A stretch of 64,000 nt of DNA from Patescibacteria group bacterium. Its GTDB lineage: Bacteria; Patescibacteriota; Minisyncoccia; Phycocordibacterales; Phycocordibacteraceae. The notes below the pieces were generated by a model, which saw nothing but the letters and a program-made list of their open reading frames with translations, was not told the DNA's origin and did not search any database. The stretch spans positions 141,717-205,716 of the forward strand of contig JAHJYC010000004.1 of assembly GCA_018826905.1 (NCBI GenBank), written 5' to 3'. The position numbers and the translations under genes are program-made. Of the stretch, positions 49,627 through 57,658 are shown piece by piece (position 1 is the stretch's first letter; each line of letters opens with the position of its first letter).

Positions 49627-50112
49627 CTACTGAATACTACCTACAAGACCTGTGAGCGTAGGGCTACCACTCCACTTCTTAATCAGATTGCCTTCAGCAT
49701 CTACCTGAACAAGTGTGTGCTGAGTTGTTACTCCATATTTCTTCTTAAGCTCTGTCTCTGTATCATAATCAAGCTTTAAGATACTCACGTTTGCAGGTAT
49801 TGCCTCTAGATTGTTCTCAATGTCCGCATTAAGTCCTCTACATGAAGGACACCACGTTGCATGAAAGAAGAGGACAACATCTCCCTCTTTAGCTCGTGCT
49901 AGCTTTTCAGGAGCGTATGCTTCGTATAACCCAGTCTTCATCATGTCCTCTCCTTTTTCCATTCCCTCCTCCGTCGACATATCCTTCTCACCTGTCTGAC
50001 TCGTTTCATCTTTCACGCTCACATCAGCACTCTTGTTCATAGATGCGTATGCAAATCCAGCAATCGCAATGAGCGCGACAACTGCAATGCTAATCCCTGC
50101 GGTTTTATTCAT
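49627..50112 (-). CDS. Membrane-anchored thioredoxin-like protein (TlpA/ResA-like), the likely reductant partner of the Msr fusion.
   Basis: An N-terminal TM helix and a WCPSC active site (FFHATWCPSCRGL). It sits 3 nt upstream of the CcdA-MsrAB gene on the same strand. Confidence 0.75.
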   Translation of the reverse strand: MNKTAGISIAVVALIAIAGFAYASMNKSADVSVKDETSQTGEKDMSTEEGMEKGEDMMKTGLYEAYAPEKLARAKEGDVVLFFHATWCPSCRGLNADIENNLEAIPANVSILKLDYDTETELKKKYGVTTQHTLVQVDAEGNLIKKWSGSPTLTGLVGSIQ

Positions 50113-50133
50113 AGAATCGTTACTGGTTATACC

Positions 50134-50159
50134 CTTACTATGTAACTAATTGTAGTAAG
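50134..50159. repeat. Inverted repeat CTTACTA-N12-TAGTAAG in the thioredoxin upstream region.
   Basis: Seen directly in the sequence: 7-bp arms located about 20-45 nt upstream of the trx start on the minus strand. Confidence 0.35.
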
Positions 50160-50201
50160 CACTGAGCCAGATGTAAAGTGTACTTTACATCTGGCTCAGT
50201 G
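50160..50201. repeat. 42-nt near-perfect palindrome CACTGAGCCAGATGTAAAGT-gt-ACTTTACATCTGGCTCAGTG.
   Basis: 20-bp perfect arms. It lies between the XRE/membrane-protein operon stop and the trx-msrAB operon start, and no U tract follows in either orientation. Confidence 0.6.
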
Positions 50202-50215
50202 GATAACGAACGGTT

Positions 50216-50578
50216 CTACAGATACTTGTCGCTCCAGATACGGGTTCCGATCTTAACCAAGATCATTGCAATGAGTGCAATAACGAGCCATGGATCTACA
50301 GTGTGTGTGTACCCCTGCACAACAATGCCCAATGTCAGAACTCCTGAACCGACTAAGAACGCATTCCTCCCCGCTAGAGTACGGTGCAACCCGTCGCGTT
50401 CATCCTCTACTTTCTCTCTCAGAATAAAGCTTGAAAATACTCCAAAGAGCCCCAGGGTGACTGCGAGCATACAGATTACGATCATGTCTGGCATCCAGAA
50501 ATGGAAAGGATTGAGAAGCAGGATTGCGAGCGCAACCAGACATAGTGTGACGATGGTTTCTATAAGATTATTTTTCAT
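50216..50578 (-). CDS. Small polytopic membrane protein (DUF2975-like) that is typically paired with a YozG-type HTH regulator.
   Basis: 120 aa with 4 TM helices. It overlaps the upstream XRE gene by 11 nt. Confidence 0.45.
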   Translation of the reverse strand: MKNNLIETIVTLCLVALAILLLNPFHFWMPDMIVICMLAVTLGLFGVFSSFILREKVEDERDGLHRTLAGRNAFLVGSGVLTLGIVVQGYTHTVDPWLVIALIAMILVKIGTRIWSDKYL

Positions 50579-50780
50579 ATGAAATTCTGAATAGCTTCTC
50601 CACAGGCATTTTGAAGAAACCTGCTATTTTCAAGGCCAGTAAAATTGATGGTGTGTAGTTCCCCTTTTCTAAAGCAATAATAGTCTGCCGACTCACATTC
50701 ACTTTTGCGGCAAGCTCTTCCTGCGTCACATTCATCTGTGTTCTATAGGTACTCACTTCATTCTCTATCGTTCCTTGCAT
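50568..50780 (-). CDS. XRE-family (Cro/C1-type) helix-turn-helix transcriptional regulator, YozG-like.
   Basis: 70 aa. MNVTQEELAAKVNVSRQTIIALEKGNYTPSILLALKIA is a classic HTH_XRE. Confidence 0.75.
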   Translation of the reverse strand: MQGTIENEVSTYRTQMNVTQEELAAKVNVSRQTIIALEKGNYTPSILLALKIAGFFKMPVEKLFRISYEK

Positions 50781-50856
50781 GCGTTATGCAGTATAGTTGA
50801 GCGCAGAGCATCAGTAAAGCTAACTTTACATGCTAGAAGCAGTTTGGTTGGTGCCC

Positions 50857-51348
50857 TTAGGTAGAGGCCTTTCGTGCTGTATCAATAGCAGCAACGTCAA
50901 TCTTTTGCATGGTCATCATTGCTGTAAAGGCGCGCTCTGCCTCATCTCCTCCTGCAATCAGCGCATCCGTTAGAGTGCGCGGCGTAATCTGCCATGACAC
51001 TCCCCAGCGATCCTTGCACCATCCACATGCGCTTTCTTTTCCTCCGTTTCCTACAATTGCATTCCAGTAGCGATCTGTTTCCTCCTGATCGTCTGTTGCG
51101 ATTTGGAAAGAGAATGCTTCGCTTTGTTTAAATATGGGACCTCCATTCAAACCAACACAGGGAATTCCGCAGACCGTAAACTCAACCGTTAACACATCAC
51201 CCTTCTTTCCGCCTGGAAAATCAGCTGGTGCAGTGAAGACAGTGCCTACTCTGCTATCTGGGAATGTAGCGGCGTAAAAGGTGGCAGCGTCCAGTGCATC
51301 CTTTTCAAACCAGAGACAAATGGTGTTCTTAGGTGTCATATAGTTCAT
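50857..51348 (-). CDS. VOC/glyoxalase-superfamily protein of the PhnB-like family (3-demethylubiquinone-9 3-methyltransferase domain).
   Basis: ICLWFEKDALDAATFY...GDVLTVEFTVCGIPCVGLNGGP...ESACGWCKDRWGVSWQI matches the PhnB-like family (PF06983). Confidence 0.65.
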   Translation of the reverse strand: MNYMTPKNTICLWFEKDALDAATFYAATFPDSRVGTVFTAPADFPGGKKGDVLTVEFTVCGIPCVGLNGGPIFKQSEAFSFQIATDDQEETDRYWNAIVGNGGKESACGWCKDRWGVSWQITPRTLTDALIAGGDEAERAFTAMMTMQKIDVAAIDTARKAST

Positions 51349-51579
51349 TTGTTTAGAGCTCTTGTATACCTAGATTATTGCATGTAAATCTATGCTCTAG
51401 GAAATGAGCTGGCAAGAACCGCTCAGTTATAGGTCCTTCTATACTAAACTAGGCTGCTGGCCGTCTGGGGCGGTATCCGAACTCTTCTTACCGGGCCAGT
51501 TCCTCAATTGAACGAGTAGAGTGATTGAAAATGGCTTCCTTCTGATTATATTAAGATTTTTGCTCATTAATCTACGTTC

Positions 51580-52209
51580 TTAAACAGGCAGAAAGCGAGT
51601 TGCACCATTTTCAACTATCAAGACCTCTCCGTCTCTTAGTTTCTTACATTCATAAGGAAGTGCTTTCATTTGCTCTTCGCCTTCAGGCTGTAGGTGGCGA
51701 TACTTCTCAGTACCCCAATGAGGCCATACGAAATAGTCCATAAGACCAAGGCCTTCAAATATAATTGAAGGTGCTTTATTGGGATCATCCATCAGTTCGA
51801 TGGGGTGCATTGACGGTCCTGCAACGACGATACCCGCACTCCATCCGCCATATACTATTCCTTCTTCAAGCAGGTCTTTAATAATCCTATCGAATCCGCT
51901 TGTTCTCATTACATAACGCAACCAAAACGAATTTCCGCCTGCGCACCAGACGAGCTGGCAGGTTCGTAGTTCTGCAGCTAATTCCTCCCCATTCGCTACA
52001 TATTCCCGTAAATCAACCTCAACCGGTTCAAAGCCTAAGGAGTCAAAGAGTTTAGAGAGATTCTCACCGCGCTCTTTTGCTTTTTCTTCTGGGTATGGAT
52101 CTTGAGCATTGTTTATGAGAGCAACTCTGGGCTTCTCGACTCCATTCCTCAAAAGTCCTTTCAGCAAGTCAGCGTGCGGCACACCCTCAGAGCTAAGGAA
52201 GAGCTTCAT
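51580..52209 (-). CDS. Peptidase S51 (dipeptidase E-like) family protein.
   Basis: LVWCAGGNSFWLR...GIVYGGWSAGIVVAGPS matches the S51 core with the catalytic Ser (GGNSF ... GWSAG). Confidence 0.55.
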   Translation of the reverse strand: MKLFLSSEGVPHADLLKGLLRNGVEKPRVALINNAQDPYPEEKAKERGENLSKLFDSLGFEPVEVDLREYVANGEELAAELRTCQLVWCAGGNSFWLRYVMRTSGFDRIIKDLLEEGIVYGGWSAGIVVAGPSMHPIELMDDPNKAPSIIFEGLGLMDYFVWPHWGTEKYRHLQPEGEEQMKALPYECKKLRDGEVLIVENGATRFLPV

Positions 52210-53144
52210 ACTACTTTGTACTGATCTTCTCCAGTCTCAAGAATATTCAGGAGCGACTTAGTAGCTGTATCACTTGTGAGCTTAAGTTCAGTTGAAGTAT
52301 TAAAAGCGTTTGACCCATTGAACGAATACCAGACTCCAAGTGGGAGGCTTTTAAACTCCTCGTTCTTAGCAGGATTGTCAGAAGCCACACGGATACGACT
52401 GGCCTTGAGTTCTTTGAGAAGTGCGTCTTCGTTAATGATTCCGTGATGCATGAATGATACGAGGAGTGCGCCATCTTTCACCAAACCAAGTTCGCGTTCA
52501 CTGATAAAATCCTTACCTGCATCCTTAGAGACACAAAGAAAAAGAACGTCGCTTTCTGCTAGGAGGTTATCGAGAGTCTTGTGATTAAGAGCTACGTCCG
52601 CATGATCGTGTTTGCTGGAGTAGGAAATAGAAGCAGGGCGGAACGGCACCAGAATCTCGGCGATATGCATTCCAATACGACCCAAGCCAATGATCCCAAT
52701 ATTCTGCCCTTCAATTCCCTTAGTCGTCATAAACTTCTTTTCTCCCATTCGCCCAAGTTCGAAGAAGCCACGATTCATTGCTATTGCCGAACCGACAGCC
52801 CATTCCGCAACAGCATGAGTAGGAGCGTCTGGGGTGTTCGTTATTGCAATACCTTTCTTTGTCGCATACTCCCAAGCTGGAATGAGATCCTTGTAGCCTA
52901 TACCAGTAAAGGAAATGACCTTGAGTTCATCTCCTGCGTCGATAATATCCTCGTCAACGTGTTCGACACCCCCAAGAATATAGCCAACCTTCCCTTTAAT
53001 TGCAGAGATCAATTCTTCCTTGGAAGGCTCAGACTTATCTATTCGCTCAATCTCATATCCTGCAGCATGGATCTGCTCCTCGTGTTCTGGGAAGATAAAC
53101 AGGCTATCGGTGATAAGAATTTTACCCTTCATTACTAAAATCAT
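52206..53144 (-). CDS. D-isomer-specific 2-hydroxyacid dehydrogenase family (NAD-binding) protein.
   Basis: The Rossmann motif GIIGLGRIGMHIAEIL and a catalytic region with His and Arg in a C-terminal (D-2HADH) arrangement. The start is chosen at the internal Met MILVMKGKIL; the ORF-track start at 53183 adds 13 aa. Confidence 0.7.
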   Translation of the reverse strand: MILVMKGKILITDSLFIFPEHEEQIHAAGYEIERIDKSEPSKEELISAIKGKVGYILGGVEHVDEDIIDAGDELKVISFTGIGYKDLIPAWEYATKKGIAITNTPDAPTHAVAEWAVGSAIAMNRGFFELGRMGEKKFMTTKGIEGQNIGIIGLGRIGMHIAEILVPFRPASISYSSKHDHADVALNHKTLDNLLAESDVLFLCVSKDAGKDFISERELGLVKDGALLVSFMHHGIINEDALLKELKASRIRVASDNPAKNEEFKSLPLGVWYSFNGSNAFNTSTELKLTSDTATKSLLNILETGEDQYKVV

Positions 53145-53528
53145 ACCAGAAGTCCTGACATTCAATTCCCCTACCTGTAGCATCCCCTATTTGAAGGCTG
53201 GAATGGGCTGCGATGTTCGGTCTGGTACCAGAGCGACCAAGCTTCTAGGCCACCGTGTACCACACCACGACCTCACTCCCCGACCCCAATAGGTCGCCTT
53301 GGCACTAGATTGATCAGGAGTATATTTGGGGATTATTTATGGGAAGTTTGTGGGATAGAAACGGCTATCTTTCCACCATATAAACGCACCTTTCGAAAAG
53401 GTGATACGGCCTAAAACAAAGATATTTTGCGAGAAAATGAATTTTATAGTGGTAAAGGCGGCTAAGGATAACCCCAAACGACCCCACTTCAAATCATTAA
53501 GATAATCCACACCCCTTCCCCATACATA

Positions 53529-54356
53529 TCAAGGGCGCTTCCACATAACTTCCATCTCTTTTTCGGACTTTTTAGGATGCGTGCTGAAAAGAAGTGTAGA
53601 ACCTTCCTTCGGGAAGTCTTCAATACGAACGACATCCGGTTCTAGGTCAAAATGCTCTGTAACTACACGAAGAGATTCCAGAACTGACACAAACACCTCC
53701 TTAGTAGCAACAGTCTTAAGAAAGTTTATATATGGACGATCCTGTAGGAAGTCTCGGTTCCCAAACTGAGCATGGGTGAACCCGGAGAGTCGTGAGTAAA
53801 GTGGGGCATGGGTGTCTTTGAGATCGAGCTCTGAAAATATCTCGCTTATACTCTTGCCGTCCCAGTGATGCCTTCTCTTTCCTGCTGGCTTATGACTCTT
53901 TAGTTCCTCCTGCATTTTCCTGAGCAACTTGGCCTGCAATTCGGATATATTCGGTAGACTTTCCGTTCGCATCACATACTCACGTAGTGGATAGTGATAA
54001 AAATTCCGCGCTCGCTGCTCCGTGTCCTTTTGATAGATGTATTGGAGATTTATGGAGTTCTCAAGTAGAGACCGTGCAAGTGTGAGGCATGGAAGGAATC
54101 TGCCTTTCTTGCGTAGAGTGATAATAGACTCGTATATGTCTATATTCTCCTCTACCAGGAAACGCGTAACTGCAAAAAGCTCTGGAGTGGTTTTCCTTTC
54201 CAGCTGACTTAGGTTTGAAAGATATCTGTGCAGGAATACTACGATCTCTCGCAGGTCCTTTATCTCTCCACTTTCCCAGAATCTAAGCATATACAGGGAG
54301 TATATGCTTCCTGGCCAGGATGACGAATTAGGGATTAAATTCACTCGCACCAACAT
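53529..54356 (-). CDS. Hypothetical alpha-helical protein carrying a HEPN-like Rx5H motif (YSRLSGFTHAQ); a candidate Abi/HEPN RNase-like protein.
   Basis: 275 aa in the AT-richer region flanking the integrative island. Its start overlaps the upstream membrane-protein gene by 29 nt, so the two are likely translationally coupled. Confidence 0.35.
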   Translation of the reverse strand: MLVRVNLIPNSSSWPGSIYSLYMLRFWESGEIKDLREIVVFLHRYLSNLSQLERKTTPELFAVTRFLVEENIDIYESIITLRKKGRFLPCLTLARSLLENSINLQYIYQKDTEQRARNFYHYPLREYVMRTESLPNISELQAKLLRKMQEELKSHKPAGKRRHHWDGKSISEIFSELDLKDTHAPLYSRLSGFTHAQFGNRDFLQDRPYINFLKTVATKEVFVSVLESLRVVTEHFDLEPDVVRIEDFPKEGSTLLFSTHPKKSEKEMEVMWKRP

Positions 54357-55005
54357 ATTTACCTACGACAGCACTCGACTTGGAGGCTGCTGGGAAGAAA
54401 GACAGTGTATTCCGATACAGCATGTTCTCTAGTTCGCCGTCGAAAGACGCGATGTAGTGCCGCTCAAGCAATGCTGTTTCCTCAGCAGTACGTGCTCTTC
54501 CAAGAGAAAGAGTGCCGTATTGGCGATACGCTAGATTGAGCGCATTCGCATCGTCAAAGAAATTGAGTGAGACTTTCGTGCCATGCGCTTTGGTCAGATC
54601 ACGAACCCATCCCGTAACATTATTCTTGAACGAAGCATCTGATAGCTCCACTGGGTCTATGAGCAGATAGAAGACAATTCCTCCATCAGATCGCTCTTTA
54701 GAAGTTTGTACGATTTGGGGTGCTGTAGGCACCAGAGACTCACTTACTGACTGGACTTGTGCAATTGATTCAGTTGTTGCTGGGGTTTCGGCCTCAACCT
54801 CTATAGAAGGCTCAACGGTCGTAATCACAGGAGGCTTAGAATCACTCGGAGGAGCCGTGGCACCAAAAAGAATAAAGAGAACCACTAGCGTAGCTCCAAA
54901 ACCAAGTCCGATGACTTTTCTAGACTGCTTAAAGACTGAAGGCTTAATCAAACCAACGACAAGTCCGACAAGAGACACGAAAAACAGAAAGAGAAAAATA
55001 CCCAT
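54328..55005 (-). CDS. Hypothetical membrane-anchored protein (N-terminal TM helix, Pro/Thr-rich linker, globular C-terminal domain).
   Basis: 225-aa ORF. The left copy of the island direct repeat lies within codons ~25-31. Confidence 0.4.
   Translation of the reverse strand: MGIFLFLFFVSLVGLVVGLIKPSVFKQSRKVIGLGFGATLVVLFILFGATAPPSDSKPPVITTVEPSIEVEAETPATTESIAQVQSVSESLVPTAPQIVQTSKERSDGGIVFYLLIDPVELSDASFKNNVTGWVRDLTKAHGTKVSLNFFDDANALNLAYRQYGTLSLGRARTAEETALLERHYIASFDGELENMLYRNTLSFFPAASKSSAVVGKYVGASEFNP
54908..54929 (+). repeat. Left direct repeat CCGATGACTTTTCTAGACTGCT (attL-like).
   Basis: It matches 60931-60951 at 20/21 positions with a single 1-nt indel; 16 nt are identical (ACTTTTCTAGACTGCT). 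Confidence 0.6.
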
Positions 55006-55290
55006 ACGTAGTTCCTTTAAGGCGAGTAAGCCTAGAAGCGGAATTGTGCGGGTAGCACAAAACCCGCCACCAGGAGCCCGAAGGCCTATAGAAGTTTCCC
55101 TCTATAACGTAGGACACGCCCTGATGACGGGTTTTCTATGTCCTACGATTTTCGACCATGCTCGGGATTCCTCCGCAGGTTTAGGTCATTCTTATTCAGT
55201 TGTTGCCCAGGCTTAGCGCCGTACTAGAACATTAGCGTACAAACGAGAAAGTGTGTAGGTCAGAGCCATAAGCGAGTATAATTTGACTCA

Positions 55291-57597
55291 ATGCCCGATT
55301 ACAATTTCCAAACCCTTAACGATAGAGAGTTTGAGAGGTTAACTCGTGATTTATTGCAAAAGGAAACAGGTCTTACGTTCGAGAGTTTTAAACCTGGGCG
55401 TGATGGGGGTATAGATTTACGCCATTCCTCTCCAACAGAAGATGTGACTACTATTGTTCAGGCAAAGCATCGAGTCCGAGCCAGCTATAAGGATCTTTTG
55501 TATGACCTCAGCAAGACTGAGCTACCAAAAGTTAAGAAGCTGGAGCCCTCACGTTACATATTAGTAACTAGTGTTGAATTTAATCCCGCCCAAAAGAAAG
55601 AACTGAAGAATCTTTTTGCTCCCTATGTTCTTACGACTGGAGATATCCTTGGTAGAGATGACTTAAACGGACTGCTCGGAAAATTTTCTGAAATTGAAGA
55701 GAAGCATCCAAAACTATGGTTATCGAGTATTCCTATACTTAATAAGATTGTAAATAACGGTATAAAGGGCCGTTCTGATTTTACAGACGAAGTGATTAGA
55801 AAGAACGTAAGCCTATATGTAGCCAATGAAACATATGCCGAGGCTCTTGAAATTCTTAACGAAGAACAATTTCTTGTAATAGTTGGGGAACCGGGAATCG
55901 GAAAGACGGTTCTTGCAAAAATGCTTATTTATCAGTTGCTTGGAAACGACTACAGACTCGTGACTGTAACAGAAAAGATCTCCGAAGCAGAAGATTTGTG
56001 GGAACCTGAACAGAAACAAGTGTTTTATTTCGATGATTTTCTTGGAGCCAACTACTTAGAAATAGCTCAGTATCATAACGGTGATTCAGCCCTAGTGAAC
56101 TTTATAGCCCGAATAAAATTAGATCCTCTTAAACGTCTTATGCTGACGAGCAGGACTGCAGTTTTGAACCAAGCGGCTCAGGTTTATCCGCGTCTAGAAG
56201 CACCCGGGCTTGAGCTGGCGCGGCACGAAGTAAAAATTGAGGACTACTCAAAGCTAGACAAGGCTCAGATTTTGTATAACCACCTTTACTTTCTAGGTTT
56301 GGGAGAAGATTACAAGCAAAAGGTAAAAGAAGACAAGAATTACTGGAAAATTATAAAGCACAAAAACTATAATCCGCGCCTGATTGAGTTCATTTCTGAC
56401 CCACTGAGACTGAAGGAGGTACCGCCTGAAGATTATATGGGTTTTATACAGGAGAGACTGGATAATCCTGCGGACATATGGAAGCAAGCATATTTACATC
56501 AGACGGACGACTACTGTAAATTCTTGATTCAATCGCTATTTTCTCTTGGCGAAAAAGTTCCCGAACGAATTCTAAAGAGAGCATTTAATGCGCGTTTAGA
56601 CTACGAAATAGAGCACAATGGCTTTCGAAGAGAAGCAGATGTTTATGCATTGCGTCTCAAGCATTTAATGGGCGGATTCTTAAAGGCAGTCAGGCACGGG
56701 GAGAATGTTTATCTCAGTTTCTTTAACCCTTCTATTACAGACTTCTTGTTGCACTACTTAAGTGAGAATAAAGATGAGAAGTGGCGAATACTTAACTCTG
56801 TGATTTTTACATCACAACTTACAAATCGCTTTATAACCAGTAAAGATTCATTGCTCGCGTTCGTCGAGGACGAAATATCGCCACTTGAAGCACTTATATC
56901 GAGAAGAGCTGACGACCTGGTAGACCCAGAAGGCGGATCCAGAGATATAGAGCTACTACACTTTTATTACTTTGCCTTCCCTGTTGATCTTATTGATACT
57001 AAATCTGCACCTATTTTAGAACGCTTGGATCTAGATGAAGCTTTACCATCACAGTTTGATGCATTGCTATCAACTCTTGATGCACTTCAAACATACGACG
57101 AGTCAATTCGGATAGTTAAGAGTCGCTTTCGTGAAATTATAAATTATCTTTTTAGTTCTGATACCGGCGGGAGAAAACTTAGTTCTATCAAGAAGCTTTT
57201 CAAGGCCTACGATGAAAGTTATGAGGAATATATTGCTGACGAGAATAGCCGAACTATTGTTGAATCAGCATTAACCCGACACTGGGGCGAGCGAATTAGC
57301 GATATAGAGGCCGGGCAAGATTCAGACGTTGCGGAATTTGGCACTTCTTCTGAGATTGAGACTTTCATAGGAGAAATTCAAGAGGACGGGAGGCAATATA
57401 ATAGGAGTTTTGGGTTCGCTGAACTGCGAATAATGGAAAGTTTCGAAGATATAGATTATGACGAGATTGCAAGATCCTCAAGAGAGCGTGCACAAATAGA
57501 AGACTATATGTCCGACTACCATGCAGAGGAATATTATTCTGAGCGTTCTGAACCTCAAAGAAACGAGAATGCGGAAATAGACGAATTATTTCAATAA
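55291..57597 (+). CDS. Mrr-like PD-(D/E)xK restriction-endonuclease domain fused to a STAND-like P-loop NTPase and a helical C-terminal region (Avs/AVAST-like architecture).
   Basis: The N-terminus FERLTRDLLQKETGLTFESFKPGRDGGIDLRHS...IVQAKH gives a D...(Q)xK Mrr_cat-like pattern. Walker A is GEPGIGKT and Walker B is VFYFDDFLG (hhhhDD, STAND type). A C-terminal ~400-aa alpha-helical region ends in an acidic, Tyr-rich tail. Confidence 0.55.
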   Translation: MPDYNFQTLNDREFERLTRDLLQKETGLTFESFKPGRDGGIDLRHSSPTEDVTTIVQAKHRVRASYKDLLYDLSKTELPKVKKLEPSRYILVTSVEFNPAQKKELKNLFAPYVLTTGDILGRDDLNGLLGKFSEIEEKHPKLWLSSIPILNKIVNNGIKGRSDFTDEVIRKNVSLYVANETYAEALEILNEEQFLVIVGEPGIGKTVLAKMLIYQLLGNDYRLVTVTEKISEAEDLWEPEQKQVFYFDDFLGANYLEIAQYHNGDSALVNFIARIKLDPLKRLMLTSRTAVLNQAAQVYPRLEAPGLELARHEVKIEDYSKLDKAQILYNHLYFLGLGEDYKQKVKEDKNYWKIIKHKNYNPRLIEFISDPLRLKEVPPEDYMGFIQERLDNPADIWKQAYLHQTDDYCKFLIQSLFSLGEKVPERILKRAFNARLDYEIEHNGFRREADVYALRLKHLMGGFLKAVRHGENVYLSFFNPSITDFLLHYLSENKDEKWRILNSVIFTSQLTNRFITSKDSLLAFVEDEISPLEALISRRADDLVDPEGGSRDIELLHFYYFAFPVDLIDTKSAPILERLDLDEALPSQFDALLSTLDALQTYDESIRIVKSRFREIINYLFSSDTGGRKLSSIKKLFKAYDESYEEYIADENSRTIVESALTRHWGERISDIEAGQDSDVAEFGTSSEIETFIGEIQEDGRQYNRSFGFAELRIMESFEDIDYDEIARSSRERAQIEDYMSDYHAEEYYSERSEPQRNENAEIDELFQ

Positions 57598-57658
57598 CCA
57601 TTTATCCCCTTCCCGGTTTACTAGACTTCCCGGCGGTATCCAGTATGTTCGTGTCTGT

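Noticed and set aside
50101-50160. A sigma70-type promoter for the thioredoxin operon.
   Set aside because: Only weak hexamer matches (TATAAC, TTACTA) with non-canonical spacing. This is not strong enough to call.
53196-53300. A possible tRNA remnant or att copy (a GGTACCAGA 9-mer shared with tRNA-Gln) in the 345-nt intergenic region.
   Set aside because: There is only a 9-nt match with no alignable flanks or cloverleaf. The real direct repeat was found at 54908-54929 instead.
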